From: Phallusia mammillata
Taxonomy: Eukaryota
Assembly (NCBI GenBank): GCA_965637545.1
Contig: OZ281495.1
Coordinates: forward strand, 28,024,001 to 28,088,000
DNA length: 64,000 nt
Direction: 5' to 3'
Shown: piece after piece, positions 25,001 to 39,177 of the stretch
Numbering within the stretch: position 1 is the stretch's first letter
Layout: each line of letters starts with the position of its first letter
The notes under the pieces: generated by a model
What the model was told of the DNA's origin: nothing
Seen by the model: the letters and a program-made list of their open reading frames with translations, nothing else
Database searches by the model: none
Made by a program: the position numbers and the translations under genes

Positions 25001-28000
25001 ATGGCGTTAGTTGTTAAGTTTCGTTTATTTGATTATCGAGAAAAGAAAATCCATGAACAGAAGACGATCGACTTTGAAAAAGAAGATGTGGATGGCAAAG
25101 ATCTGTTAAAATTCGTGGCAAATAAATTAGAAAGTTCTCCACAAGAAATTGGTAAGACTTTTTAAACATCTTTTTTTTCATGCAATAGAACATGCAGAAT
25201 ACCAGAATAGGTAAAAGGCATTTTCATCTTGGTAAACAAAACTTTTTGATTTCAGATTTGTTTTTTGGTGGACAGCTTATACATCCGACTTATGATTTTC
25301 TGCTTTGCGATAAAACTGGCTTTAAAAGTGGTTGTGAAATTCAGGTTTTGTACAAACCGGAAGCAGAAAAACAACAACCTGAACCAGGTACAAACTAAAG
25401 ACAGGACTGCTTACAGAATTTATACCATGTCAAACTAAGAAAGAATGTTCATAGTTGTCTACTGGCAAATTCAATGTAAAACACTACATAAGGGGGTTGG
25501 CACTGGAGGTGTTTTTTCATGGCCCGCCAAACTATTTGTGTGTTACATTGAAGTCCTAATTTAAACTGTTACATTACTTGGTTTAGTTGTTTATCATTCA
25601 ATAGTCCTGAAATCCAGCATACACACAAAAATTTGTCTGCTTTCTGTTTAATACACAAATCAGCTAGCACAAACCACTATTGCTCAAAAAAATGTTGGCA
25701 CACAAAGTCAATACCACATGGAAATATCAAGTAAATTGGCATGCATCGCTAAAAACATTGCAGACCCCTGCACAACATGCTATATACTTGATTCAAAATA
25801 ATGTTCCCATTGTTTGTAAGTTAACAGTGCTACATCAACTGGTTTCAAGCTATCACTAAAAATGTGGATGCCAAGAAAATTTTAAGTCAATCTCCAGTCT
25901 GCCTGCCTAACAGTTAATGATGTCTATTTTTTTATACTTCCAGTAAATGTAGACCCAGGGGAACTGAAAATGTGCATGGCAGGACTACATCTTATGCTTA
26001 ACAATCGCCACCAAAAGTGGAAAAGTAGAAAAGCAGTAAGTAATTCAATTTTTTTAAACAAGTGGGTGTACCTATATATTTAATGTTAAGAGTTGCCCCT
26101 AAATTGGTTTTTGAAACATTGATTTTGTTTTATGTATATTTGTTGAATATAGGTTTTGGAAATCTTGAAAAGCAAAGAAAGTATGCAGGAGATAATAGAT
26201 GCTACTCCGAGCCTAAAGAACGATATAACATCACTCGGTAAATACATTGTGATTCTCACACAAGTGAAAACCTTCCATGAAAAATATTTGCTGCTATTTT
26301 ACTTTGGCACTGACTTAATAACAAACTATGTGTTTGCTCTCACTTGATTATGGGTCCCCTTCCCTGAAGGGGACACATATTGTTTTTGTCCGTATTTTTT
26401 TTTCTTTTTTCTGTCTAATGCTGGTTTGTGAGACGCGTTTGGTCAAGAAAGAGTGCTTCAAATTTATTCAAATTTACAGAGATGTTAGTTAATAATCCAA
26501 ATTTTATCCTCCTGAAGTTTGACCCCGATTGACCCAGCGGTTCACCCACAGGCCCCCAAAACATAATTTTTTTAAAACGACTCTACTGACTAAAGTACAG
26601 CGTTTTGGAGTTTCTTGCTTTGTTGTTTGGTGCAATTTTGTATCTTTTTTTCAGATTCACCCTTTAAACCCCGAAATAATCGGTTTTAGTAATGCTGGCT
26701 TGTGAGACGCGTTTGGTCAAGAAAGAGCGCTTTACATTTATTAAAATTTAAAAAGATGTTAGTTAATAATCCAAATTTGATCCTCCTGAAGTTTGACCCC
26801 AATTGGCCCAGCGGTTCACCCACAGGCCCCCAAATCGTAAAATTTTTGAAACCGTTGTACTGACTAAAGTACAGCGTCTTGGAGTTTCATGCTTTGTTGT
26901 TTGGTGCAATGTAAGGTTTTTTTAAAGAATTTTGTATCTTTTTTTTGGATTCACCCATTTTTCACCCTTTAAACCCCGAAATAATCGGTTTTAGTTTCAA
27001 GGCAGAAATACAAGCCCTATGGTGCAGAAATATTTAAAAAAACATAACAATTGTTTAAGCAGGGTATTCGTTTAGTATTTAAAATTTTGCCAGTTACCTT
27101 TACAACCCATGATATGTGTACGCTATCGGTCAGATATAAGTCCCAAGGGAGGAATTCACTGGTTTACGATTAAGGCGGCAGAGCGGGAGTGCTCAGCTTG
27201 ACGTCCGTACAGACGATTTACGAGACAGTCGTTTGGGTGATTAGAAATCAGCTGTTTTTTGTGCAGCAATGCTGTGTCGTTTTATTGAGTTATCACGCGC
27301 ATTTTCATTTTTGGCGAAGTTTTTACACCCAAGACGTAATTTAAACTCGATAAACGTACTTCAGTTTCGTTTATGTCAGGCAAAACGTCGTTGATCAACA
27401 TAAATATGAAAAAATAAACTTAACTATTTCAAACGCCGCGATAAATGGTCTTCTCGTTGTCAGCTTGGCCGTCGCATAACCACGGGTCACTAAAGGTCAA
27501 CTTGTAGGCATTACAACACAGTTAAGAATTTTTCGTCATAACGTATCTTCTTTATTTTTGACAAATCAATTCAAGAATCAGTACTTAAGTGATGTATAAA
27601 TTATGCTGAACGGTATTGTTAAACACTAAGGACTACATGCTGTTAAAAACAGTGTTAAAAGGTCATTAAACGGTCGTTTTTGCGAAACAAAGTTAAGTGA
27701 AAAACAAGTTGTTTTGTATACCTTTGTAGCAAACGACTTTTTTATATAGTGTCTAATATAACAGTTAGGGCTTTCTTGGAAAATATATGTTTAAAAACTG
27801 AACTTGAACGACAATATCAAGGTCAAAGCAAGAGATCAAATTGAAAGTATTTTCCCCGTTCTTTTTTCACCGATTTTTTGTAATTATATGACAATAATGA
27901 TGCAAAAAGAATACGGACAAAAACTTTTAAAGTTAAGTTAATGCTTTGTGAAAAATTTGTCCTTAAGAATCTAAAAATAACCGCAACATAGGTTTACCGT

Positions 28001-30670
28001 AAATCTGCATAAACACGCGTGTGGGGACCCATTCGTTTTTGCTTGCAAAAACAATCATACATATACATACAATTGTGTATAGTATAGTAAATTAAATATC
28101 GTATAGAATATATAAAATTTAAGTATATCAGAAAGCCACTTGTCTAGTTTAAATTTTGTTTGTTATTTAAAACAGTTTTTTGTAAAAGGTGACACATTTT
28201 ACTTCACATTTCAAATTTAGTGTGTATCATAGGGTTTTTGGTTGGAGTAAAGTAATCTTGTTTGGAATATTGTACATTGTAACATTCTAACTGAACAATT
28301 TGATTTCAGATGTTCTTAAAGATCCTGACTTATTTACATCGGTTCTAAATCCTAAGAATTGTGACAGGTTAGAGCTTTTTATCAAATTAGTGAAAAGGAA
28401 ATCAGTCTTGAGCATTTAAGTTGTGTTTGAAATATTAAAGCCCAACAAATACTTAACAGCACAGAACAAAAACAATATAAACAAAAAAATTTAATTGTCC
28501 ATGTCTGCTTGTAACTAGTGTCTGTTTCTATATGGATAAGCAAGTAACCATTTCATTTGTTCATCTATTATCACAGGTTATTGGAACTGCAAAGTCCCCT
28601 TGCCTCTGCAATTGTTCAAATATCACACAAAGTGTCAACAACATCAAAGGGGGCAAGTCCACAGGTGGAGGTTGCTATGGACACAGACAATACACCAGTA
28701 TGTTTCTTCCAATGCATATATTATGGCAATTTGGTTGTAAATATTGTATAATTTTATGCAACTGGTTAAGTAATAGTATTCGTTTTTCTTATCCAATTTG
28801 GTTTGTTAATATAAGCAACACATTCTAAGGAACATTGTTCCAAATCAATGCTTCGAAACCCCTAGGTTGCAACCCAAAGTTTTGCCATTCGATTGGTTGG
28901 GCCATTTGCAGTAGTTCACCAACCCTTTTTGATGACTGAATAATGTACTTTATTGCATAAATTAAAAAAAATTTGCAGCAAATGTTTGCTGTGTCTGACA
29001 TTTTATCGCTTAAGATTTGAAAAAGGCTTCATTACCACTTTGCTATTTATTTGTATTTAATGTTTGGGTCACCGTGAAAAGGGGATGTGAAACACTGTTC
29101 TAAATGATAAGATGAAATAAAATCTAATTACTGGTAAAGTAAGACAAAAGTCTGAGCGGAAAGAGTCAAAGAAATCATCTGACCTATTTGTACTTAACTG
29201 AAGAAACACACACACACTTTTATAGAGTACATCAAGATTAAGAGGCGTAAGAAGGTCGAACAGACCATCTCCCTTCACACAAACTCCCAGAAGTCAAGGT
29301 ATTATAACATCAAACCAACTTGCTCAAGCTTTGTCACTTGCCAACTCTCCCGCCCCTGGAAGAATTTTCCCGTCTCCCATGGGCACACCATCCAGTTCGG
29401 GCAGTATGCAGGTAAATCACTAATTTTGTACTTTTCATTACTGCATGATTCAAAAGACTTAAATTGTAGATTGTTTCCCAAGATATATACGGATATTGGA
29501 TGTTACCGAAATAAAATACCAAAATATCGGGCACAAAAGCCGCTTTTTAAGCATAAACATTACTGCCAAGGTACTGGTGTATATAGAATACATCGTTCAG
29601 ACATAGCAGTACTGTTTATGCTCAAATTACTTTTTAAGTCCGTGTATAGTGTTCCTAAGTACAGTTTATCTTGTGGCAATAAACTGGCAGCATTTGAGCT
29701 AAAAAGTTATGAATGTTGTTTGATTAACCGTATGTGCCAGTTGAGTTATGTCAATAAAACAAATATATCCCTTGAATTTGTACCAACAGAGTACACAAGC
29801 AGCTACGCCATCTAGCGGATCTGGGAGTGCTGCTACACCATCACAAGGTGGCGCTACAAGGGGTGTTATCACTCCTGACGTGTTCAGCATGGCGATGCAA
29901 CAGGCGCTAGCACAGTACGTATAAACAATTTTTTCAACAGCTTTGTGAAGTATTTAAAATATTGTTTTTTCTTTAGAACCGGGGACGAAAGTCCTGAGTT
30001 ACCGTCGGCGGGTGAAACCACTCCCAGTACCCAAATTTCTGATAGCGTATTACAGGTAAGGCCAAAAAGTAAAAGAATAAGCTAACAACGCGCATAAAAT
30101 TAACTGTCTCGCTAGTTTGAAACCACCTTTCGAATTACACCGTTTATTGTAAGTCGTTTCCATTGTATTGTCATATACCTGTTTGTAGGTTGGTAGTTGG
30201 TAATCGTTTTAATATTATATTGCCGTTTTCTGTAAAATGGTGCAACTTTATCCCAAAACTACCCGACTGCAATATCAAAAAATGATTTCATTTTTCAGTT
30301 AAAATAAACATACATATATAACTGGGGCCAGCCCTAAAGCGTTCATGTAGACCAGCCATCACGGCACACTCCATAGTTCACCAGGCCTATATTGACGACT
30401 TCAATCAGCCTGGCGTGCTATGATTTAATTTGTCAGTATTTGCTATATTCTGAACGATAGTATTTAAAGTGCGAAGACTAGATTGCTACACAGAAGTACA
30501 ACTTTAACACAAGCTACTATACTATGATTTCTTAATAGGACGGTCTTGAGCAGCTTCGCAGTATGGGAATACATGATGAGGAAGCAAGCAGACAAGCACT
30601 GATTGTAGCTGGTGGAAACGTACAGGCTGCTGTTAATATGTTGTTTGCATCGGGAATGGACGATTTGTGA
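25001..30670 (+). CDS. UBL7: Ubiquitin-like protein 7 (N-terminal UBL domain, C-terminal UBA domain), 10 exons, 386 aa
   Basis: Exons: 25001-25151, 25256-25387, 25944-26035, 26153-26237, 28310-28367, 28577-28697, 29226-29411, 29790-29914, 29977-30055, 30539-30670; all phases are compatible. Segments KSKESMQEIIDATPSLKND, VLKDPDLF, ITSNQLAQALSLANSP, ITPDVFSMAMQQAL and LEQLRSMGIHDEEASRQALIVAGGNVQAAVNMLFA match, in order, remembered human UBL7 segments. Confidence 0.93.
26348..28055 (+). mobile_element. Non-autonomous Helentron-associated element (HINE/DINE-1/pearl-like) in UBL7 intron 4
   Basis: Subterminal inverted repeats ATGGGTCCCC (26350-26359) and GGGGACCCAT (28023-28032); 5' stem-loop GTCCCCTTC-CCT-GAAGGGGAC; 3' terminal hairpin GTTTTTGC-TT-GCAAAAAC (28035-28052); a second IR at 26382-26396/27910-27924; internal tandem repeats; no TSD. 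Confidence 0.7.
26416..26994 (+). repeat. Two tandem copies of an approx. 274-305-bp unit inside the HINE
   Basis: The unit starts TAATGCTGG(T/C)TTGTGAGACGCGTTTGGTCAAGAAAGAG at 26416 and 26690 and ends CCCGAAATAATCGGTTTTAG. The second copy has two small insertions. Confidence 0.92.
30321..30371 (+). repeat. Approx. 50-bp interspersed repeat, copy 1 (others at 42125-42175 and 52453-52494)
   Basis: Consensus ACTGGGATCAGCCCTGAAGCGTTCATGCAGACCAGC.ATCACGGCA.ACTC is shared by three loci. Confidence 0.75.
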
Positions 30671-31112
30671 AAATGACAAGTGGACTGACCTTGCGGTTAT
30701 TTATACGTTTTTGTTGAAACAAGAGATATGTTGTTTCAGCTGCTATTTGTTTCTTATGTATTACTATTTAGTTGTAGCCTATGTTGTGGTCACCTTGATG
30801 TTTAAAAAAACACACTAACCAAACTTTCTTTACATCAGTGTTTTTTCGCTGTGGTCTTTGGAGTTTGAGTAATATAAATGATACCACGCTGCAAGAAAAC
30901 GTTTCTGTTCAACTGTCTTAGATAGAACTTAACTACACGCTAATCAAAAGTTACATTTATCTTCACAAAAGCATGCCGACTTTCTAATAAACGTGCAAGC
31001 TGCTTAATACTGACATTTGCTTACTAAAGGCATCGTTTGAAGTAGTAATGGTCAGACTAATTTTCGTATAGTTGTGAAGCCGCAGCATTGAGGGATGTTC
31101 GAGGGTTTGGAC

Positions 31113-31328
31113 CAGTGGTTCTCAAACTCGGTTTTTGGGGCCGCATGCGGCTCCCAACTACTTATTTTGCGGCTCGCACCAGACCTCAGAAAACCACCAA
31201 ACATTGCTATTTTAGCTTTCAAAGTAATAATCTTTAGTGATTTTCTCAAGATTTCGTTTTTTTGCGGCTCCCTACACACTTGAAAAATACCATTTGGCCC
31301 CGACAATAAAAAAGTTTGAGAACCACTG
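31113..31328. mobile_element. hAT-superfamily MITE, 216 bp
   Basis: TIRs CAGTGGTTCTCAAACT / AGTTTGAGAACCACTG; perfect 8-bp TSD GTTTGGAC. Confidence 0.92.
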
Positions 31329-34300
31329 GTTTGGACGATCCATCAAAGACGAGCCTCACTCGGCCCGCTTGTACGGAACGTGCGTGCACAATACGTGTCT
31401 ATCGTTGCTTGGATCAAAGAGCCGTGATATAATCCACGATAAGGACCCAGTTTATCGCAGCAAAGTTTCGGGCTTATGAACGCACCTCTGCGTTATCGCG
31501 TTTGCGTCATACGGAGAATAATTTGGAACACTTTTTAAGGAAAAGGATACTGTTACGCATGAAGTGTTATGAAAATAATACTTTTTTTTAAGTCTGCGTC
31601 CACCCCGTGTTGGATTTGTCTAAAAAGAAGCAACAAACAGTCGCAATTATAACATAAACAAGTAGGCTACAAACGTAAAAAAATTCTTGTTTTTTATGCT
31701 GTTTACAATTTTTTTCATATAACTTTGAAGAAGAAGAAGAACTTTAAAGCTTAAACAGTTACAGTGGAACATGGAGTGTTACAAAAATTGCCCATGTGTT
31801 TGTTTCGCCTAAAAGCAACAAACTGTATGACTAATAACAAAATAAGCCTTTTAACAGTCGCGTTGTTAACATAAACTTTACCAATGAAAAAATTGAAATC
31901 AGTTTCTTGCTGTTTTTTTGGTTGTCTCCAATTTTTATTTACAACAGAATTTCTCTAAAACTTAAACACTAAACAGACCAACAACAAAAAATACAGAAAA
32001 AGTGCAACAGAAAAGTTTTGGTATTAGTCGCTAGCCACTGCGCTATATATTGTTTCCATTTTATCGTGACTAATTTTGGCCGCAACAGGAGCAGTCAAAG
32101 TATCGAGTTACGTGGCAGGCGTTGTTGGGCGCAAAATCGTACACCTCTTTTCAACTAATGCGCATGTTTTAGGCCTATTATCCACAGGAAACAGACTTCT
32201 TTCCAGACAGAGAGATCTTGATAAGATCGGTTCGAATTCGAAAAGAATTTCTTATCAAAGCCGATTTAAGTATAAAGTTCTTCGCGCTGGAGCGTGCCAA
32301 GATCTTCAAAGTACCATCTAGATACTGAAAGCTTCAGTTTACTAAGCTAGATAACAAAAGTTGTAGTTTGTTCTCGGATGTGGTCTTCTCTTGTTGCTGA
32401 TCGATCTTGAAGGTTTCAGCTCAAAAGACGCAATACGAAACGGACTGTACCCAGGCCGATGTCATTTTGAGAGTGATCGACTGATTTTTTGCCCAGGAGG
32501 CCGGGTTTGATCTACTTTCGTCCCGCCCCTGTTTTTTGTGATACGCGTTTCGGATCAAAGCGCGTTTGTGTGCTGAAGGTGTGGGGTATCGAACGGTCAA
32601 TCACCCCCTGTATTATGCAAAATCCGCCTTGTTTTTACGCTTTCCCTGGGTAACGTTGGTTTCGCGAAGCAAAAAAATGTACGAAGGAAAATTACTTTGG
32701 CTGGGTAAAGGGGGTCTCGAGAAAAGGTAAAAGCCCGCAATACCTGTGATGCAATTAAAACAAGTCATGGATTTGAATAGAGCCCACACTTCTGGGTACT
32801 TTATGAAACACAAGTTATGCACTTCAGTTGTACGAGATAAAAAATGCGAAAAGAAAATGCTTTTTCATTTTAAAAATGACTTACAAAAAACTCATCATAT
32901 ACTTTACAAATATTACGTTCCCAACTATTTAAAAATAAACAATAAACTCGGTTTTAATTTTGACTTAGTTCACAAGGGGGACGAGTAGATGTTGTCGAAA
33001 AACGATCATTTCCCAAAAGAAAGCAGTATCACTATTCGATCGTTCGCAACAAAAACTTGGTTACTATACGTTACAGTTAAAACAATTGACAGAACAGTTG
33101 TTTACGAAGCTTGGTGTTAGTTGTGCAGATTGGACTTTAAACATAGAGTAATCTTGAAGACAAAATTTGACTTTTAAACACGTTTCCCTAGATGTTAATC
33201 TTTTTTCATAATTCACATGCTGCACCCCACAAAAACAAGATTGAACTCAAAATAAACTATAAATCCAGCATGACAAATTTTTACAAGATCGATCTGAGAA
33301 GCTAATTCGACAAGCACGTCCATGAAAATTATGTCGTAAAACAAAAGATTAACTCAAATCTAGTTTATTTTTCTTGAAGTCACAGATTGACCCACAGCCA
33401 ATTGATTTCATGTTAACATGCACGTGTGGATATACTAACACTATACAAACATCGAAAGTCCAAGAAAACATAGGAAAAGTCATCCGGTTTTCTGAAAAAT
33501 AACTTTATAGAGAGTTCAGGTTTCTGTTCACAGCAAACATACATTGTGTAAAATAACACCTGGAGCCGTAAAGGTCTACATTCGTTTAAAAGAGACAAGC
33601 CTAAGGCACTTAACACCTGCAAATAGCTATCTTGGGCATGACATAGCCCCAGAATGGAATAAACAAAGGCAGTCTTCTGTAATCCAATTTATGCAACATA
33701 TTCGTGAAGTGCGATCTGCAGATAAGCCGTCGTAGATAGTGGTGGAATATATAAACACCGTTCAATCATAGTCTGTTTCGGTGTTGTCTGTTTATGTGCG
33801 CTTGAAGCTTTAAACAAGGTAGGTATGTGACCAACTTAACATCTGTACATATTTGAAATACCAGGATAATACTGTGGATAGGTCTGGGTTAACGATGAAG
33901 TTTTGGCTTAGTGACCTCATCAAATTAAAATATTTAAATTACCAATTGTAGCGAATGTAATTGTACTGTTTATTGTTGAATGTGAATATGTGAATAAAAA
34001 TGTTAACTTTCAGGCTCACTTGACTTGCCACTGGTCCAATCTGCATTGACGAGTCGGCTCAAATTATTAAGCCGTTAAAGCTTATGAAGGTTTATCCGAC
34101 TTTGGCTGTCACCGCACGTCGCCTACATTAGCCAAATTCAATATCACATGACCGCGTGTTGTAGGTGTTAACCAATGAACCGGTTGTAGTTGATTTAATC
34201 TTTTGTCGTTAAATTATAAAATGAAGTTAAAAAAATGTTCTGACGGTTTGCTCTATGTTAAAAAAAACACGTCTGAAACAAACTTTGACTTGTATTTTAT

Positions 34301-36267
34301 TGTGAGTTTCATCCTCCAACAATAACCGTGCGTCCAGGGGCGTGTTTGAGCAATCCAGTCGCAAACTACTTTTAAATCCTGCAACAAAGCGTGTCGTTTC
34401 ATCGAATCGCGGTTCTCGCTAAAGCAACACGTCGGGGCCTCTCGCTTGTCGCATCCATTATCGAGCGAGCGATAACGGATCTTCAAGCTGCCATCCACTT
34501 TTTCACCTCAAGTAAGACAAATGTCCAGTCAGGGAGGTCCCACATCACCTTTCCCAGGCCCTCGCGCACCTCAGGAGCTTGTTATTTGACACAAAGTAAA
34601 CGTTGTTTTGCTGTTTAGTTGATGGTCGTGATTGTGATGGGACGCTTATCCGACCACAAGCGTAGATGCTGCTAATATGTTGAAAAAAATCTTGATATGA
34701 TGTTTTTTAGTTAGCCCAATATTTCGTCACGACAAACTGAAAAATGCCTATTTTAAAGATTCCCAATTTTGTAAACACAACCAATTTGCAAATAGAAAGT
34801 ATAGCCTAATGCATTTTGAAACCGGACACAGTCTTTTTCGTTCCAAACTGGGGATGGTTTTCCGTTTTAATTTAATTTTGGGAGTCATAATTCTATCGCT
34901 GGTGTATTTCTTTTCAAACCCAAAACAAAAGGAAACTCAACGGCATAGAAACCATAAAAATACGTTCGTTTTGTGACGTTGTAGCTGAGCGTGTTGTGGT
35001 TTGGGTCAGGGACTCAAGTTCTCGCCTTCATGTGGGAACCTCGGTAACGTATTTACGGAAGCTCTTCTAGTATCTGATGCTAACTTCTATAGTTTAAAAC
35101 CGCTGATAAGTTGTCATAACACAGCCGGGCCTATAAATAAATCACTCATAATTCTCACTACTTCACCTCAAGGCCTTGTCGCCTTTTCAGTCTTTGAACA
35201 TTCGAGAAAAACTGATAAGAAATCAGCGTAAACGTCAAGTGAGCATTTTCTCTTGTGGTCAACGAAGTGTTGGATGTCAGAAGTTTGAAATTGTAACAAC
35301 TTGTAATCTGGAAACCTGCAACGTTTGCGCTTGCGACAACAAACGAACATCTCCATATTCGTACAGTACAAAACCTAAAAAATCCCACAAACTTGGGTTG
35401 TTTATCGATACGTTGGCAAAATGTTTTGAATCAACAGAGGACCATTTTTAATTGCATTGCAGTGAATTAGTGGTGTAGACTTGAAATCAGTAAACAGATT
35501 AAGGTTAGAATGTTTGCGCCAATGGAAAAAGGAGCATCAAAACAGTTTTACCTCTAAACGTTTCTTTACTATACATCCATGTGCTAAAAACTAAAATTGC
35601 GTTGACACACGACAATATATTTTCGAACAATCGAACATCGCCCTTGAGCGATTTAGTAATAAAATGAGAAATGGGAAACGGTTATAAAAACACCTTTCCC
35701 ACATAAAGCACGATACACACACATATTGCACGCACCTTATTTAAAGCATATCCAACTTTCAGGCAAAGCACAATCACTTTTTAAAGTGATTTGCGACCAC
35801 AAGATGATACTTTCAACGACTTGTCAAAACGCTCCTTTCGACGTTTTTAACCTTATGATTCCACGAAACTGACCGAGGTATATGACCTGACTCATCTAAA
35901 ATGTGGTGCGCGGAAATTTGCATGCGGCTGTAACATGATGGTGTCAATGAGTAGGCTGAAATTTTGAATGTCACCAAATAAAGTTTAACCAAAATTACTC
36001 GTTAAGAGCAAAATAGGTAAAACAGTTTCAAACTTGAGCAGGTTGTGATTGCAACGCCTCGCATAAGAAATATTGCATTCATGTTCGCTTTTGGTTTAAA
36101 AGGTTTGCGAGTTGATCAAGACCATTCTCGTTGGCGAATGTTTTATGCGCGTTATCTTTAAAGGCTTCATCACTTTGTGTGTGTGTTCTTATATTGTGTA
36201 TTGCTACGAAAATGTTAAAATACAAATTTGACCATGGATGCCGTTTTTGTAAATTTTATCGGCGCCA

Positions 36268-36535
36268 CAGTTGTAAGTCGGGTTCGGGCTTTTTTAACAA
36301 ACTGGCTTTCAAATTCAGACTTGACTTCACATTTTGTGTTAGCTAGTTGTCTACTGTGTGTGTCTTTTTTACTAGTTTTTATTCTGTACGCCCGTATACT
36401 GCGGGGTTTAATATATTGGCATTTCAATCAAACTTTCGGTTTGAACGGGCTTCTCAAAAACGATTTGGGTTCGGGCCGGGTTTTGCCTTGTACGTTCGGT
36501 TATAAGGGTTCAAATTTTGGACCCGTTTACTACTC
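36268..36535. mobile_element. Degenerate MITE-like element
   Basis: Imperfect terminal IRs (CAGTTGTAAGTCGGGTTC / GGACCCGTTTACTACTC) and subterminal TTCGGG motifs. A related fragment lies near 37760-37805. Confidence 0.4.
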
Positions 36536-37004
36536 AGCACTGTTAGATTGTCAGGAGCATTTGCTTGGAATTTTGTGCTGGAAAATAACATTTATTCTTC
36601 GAATTCTTAAATCTCAAACAAACCACAAAGCAAAGGATGATCAAGTAGTTAGAAGTTTATTTTTAACAGTATACTTGACGTTTTCAATATTCGTTGCGGT
36701 TAAAGTGGTAAACAAGATTGCTACAATCAACCACACACTCTTGACAGACCGTTGAAAACTATTCAATCTAATTAAAAGGGAATTACCAGCTTGTAATTAG
36801 AAAATTGCAAGACCATTTCTCTTGTTTGTTTTTTCTCTTTTTGATTCTTTTGCCAATATTTCATAAATTTAAATCGCCTTTCCAACTGCACGTCGAATCA
36901 AACAGCGGAAAAAAAGAACATCGTTTTTGACAATATTACAATGCCTTATGATTGGAAATCAGTGGCTGACTAATCGGGGTGCTGACTGCAGACTGTGTTA
37001 CAAG

Positions 37005-37184
37005 CAGTGGTGGGTTTCAGCCGGTTCGCACCGGTTCTATGAAACCGTCTCACGAAATTTAATGAGATCAGCGAACCGGTTGGCATTACTGGTTACTGTC
37101 AATGGACTTTTTGTAACAGAACCGGCTGAAAAATATGACATTTGTGATAGAACCGGCTGACAAAAAATTTGAGTCCCACCACTG
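37005..37184. mobile_element. hAT-superfamily MITE, 180 bp
   Basis: TIRs CAGTGGTGGG..TCA / TGA..CCCACCACTG; perfect 8-bp TSD GTTACAAG; internal repeated AACCGG motifs. Confidence 0.92.
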
Positions 37185-39177
37185 GTTACAAGCCACCCTA
37201 AATGCCCCCCTAGCCCTAGTATTTAGTGTTTCACCCCAATAGCGACAGTTTTTAAAATGTAAATACGAACATATATGGAAAGATTTACTTACGACGGTTC
37301 AAACAGGGGCCTGACAACCCTCTACAAATTCGTTTGTATCGGTGATGCATCCAACACATCCTTATAGCAAAATTGCCATGCACAATTATCCTATCAAAGC
37401 TCATTGTTTCTGGGAATTCTTTGCTTTTGTTTTGGCTTGATTGTATGGCAAGTGTGCTCCAACATAGAGGGGAAACCACCAGGTAAACTAAAATTACAAG
37501 AGCGCGGCTACTGACATGTTATACGACCAATAACATACGGACGAAAGATTTTGCACTCATTCCGCAAAGCAAAACGTTTTCGCAAGGGAATCGTTGAAGC
37601 TATGGAGGCTAAAAATCAAGAAGAAAAAAAGATTAATTATATTTGAAATTATGGTTTACGTCACAGAAAAGTTCGGGTCTAAAATTTCACTCGGTATCAC
37701 ATTTGCGCCTTTTCCCCACCACCCTTCAGCCTGATTCGAGCTTTTCTTTAAAAAAATGGCTCGGATTTACTTTCAGGTTCGGGCCGGCTTTGGCCCATAA
37801 CTCCAGGCGCGCTTACAGCTATGTTATGCCACATGTTCGGCGAAAAAAATTATACAGCATTTACAAAACAACGCTCTGCGATATTGAATCAACTTCCGGC
37901 GAGCTGTAAAGTTATGCAAACAAACACTTGTTAAATTGTGCGAATGCATACTGTCGTCCACAAAATAATCTAGGTGACTAAGGTTGCTACATGCATTTTT
38001 AATGGCACACGATTTTTTGACCTCTGGCTTTTGTCTGTGCAGACCAGTGACCGGCAGGCCATGAAATAATTTTTAAGTCGTTCATGGCACACTGTTTTAT
38101 TGAAGCCACCGCGCGCGTGATTCTGGAGCAGATAACTACTACAATTTACGTTAGCGTTAAGTTTAGCAACTAAACCAAAAACATTGGTTCATTTGGCACA
38201 ACAATAATCAGTTTTAGAAATGGTTTTCCTGATAAACCGTCTTCAGTTTTCACATATCTCGTGTTAGCTTCTTAGCAATACGCGAGGCTGCGTACTGGGC
38301 CTCCAGGTATGTCTGAAAAGTTCTGGACGACCGCAGTAAACGTTTGCCGGTCACTGACGTGAATGCTGAGATTCCGCCTAAGTTATAGTGCAGGTGACTT
38401 TGCAGACACCTCGCTAATAATTTGAAACCTAAAAAATATCTCTAGGACCTAGGACGTCTGCTACAAACGAAGTCTCCAGCTAAAAATGCTTTCATCGGTA
38501 CTTTGCAACTGCTGAGATAATAACACAAAATCATCAATTAAACGACAAGCACAAATACTTCCCATCTATTTAACAAGAAGCTTCCCAAATGTCCATATAA
38601 GCACATGTCAATTAAATTTTGTGATCGTTAACACAGCAGTAAAAGTTTCATATGCTCTGCATAGACCGTTATCAAAACGTGAGTGGGTAGATTGCAGGTA
38701 AAGATGCTACGAACGTCACGACCAGCAAGACCGGATCCAGATTAGAAATGACTGCCTTGTTTTCCTGCAAGATATCGGTATTTTGATAGCCGCAGCAAGT
38801 CATTTCGAACAACTAAATATCACCGTGACTCATTTAATGAATGTTGTGGGTTTGCCACGAAGATTTAAATCACACAAACAACATCAACATTTTTCGGGGA
38901 AACATAATCTTGTTACGTACTCATAGGTTATCGAAGTTTTAGCATCCCAGCATTTACCATACTTGGTGTGAGATTAACTAATTGTGTCAGGTTTTAGGTG
39001 TGTTTGAGATGGTTTGTTAAGATGATGACTTGTTTAGCTTCAGTGACTCGTTTGAAGAGCACAATCTTTAAATGAATTTCAACAAAATTCTACATTCATT
39101 TGTTTCAGCGAACAAACGAATTTTAAGTGCAAACAGGATTGAAAGACATATCATTTATTCACATCGATATACTAGCA

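Noticed and set aside
36228-36755. 175-aa plus-strand ORF, apparently membrane-like
   Set aside because: It runs through a T-rich MITE-like element, which explains both the lack of stops and the hydrophobicity.
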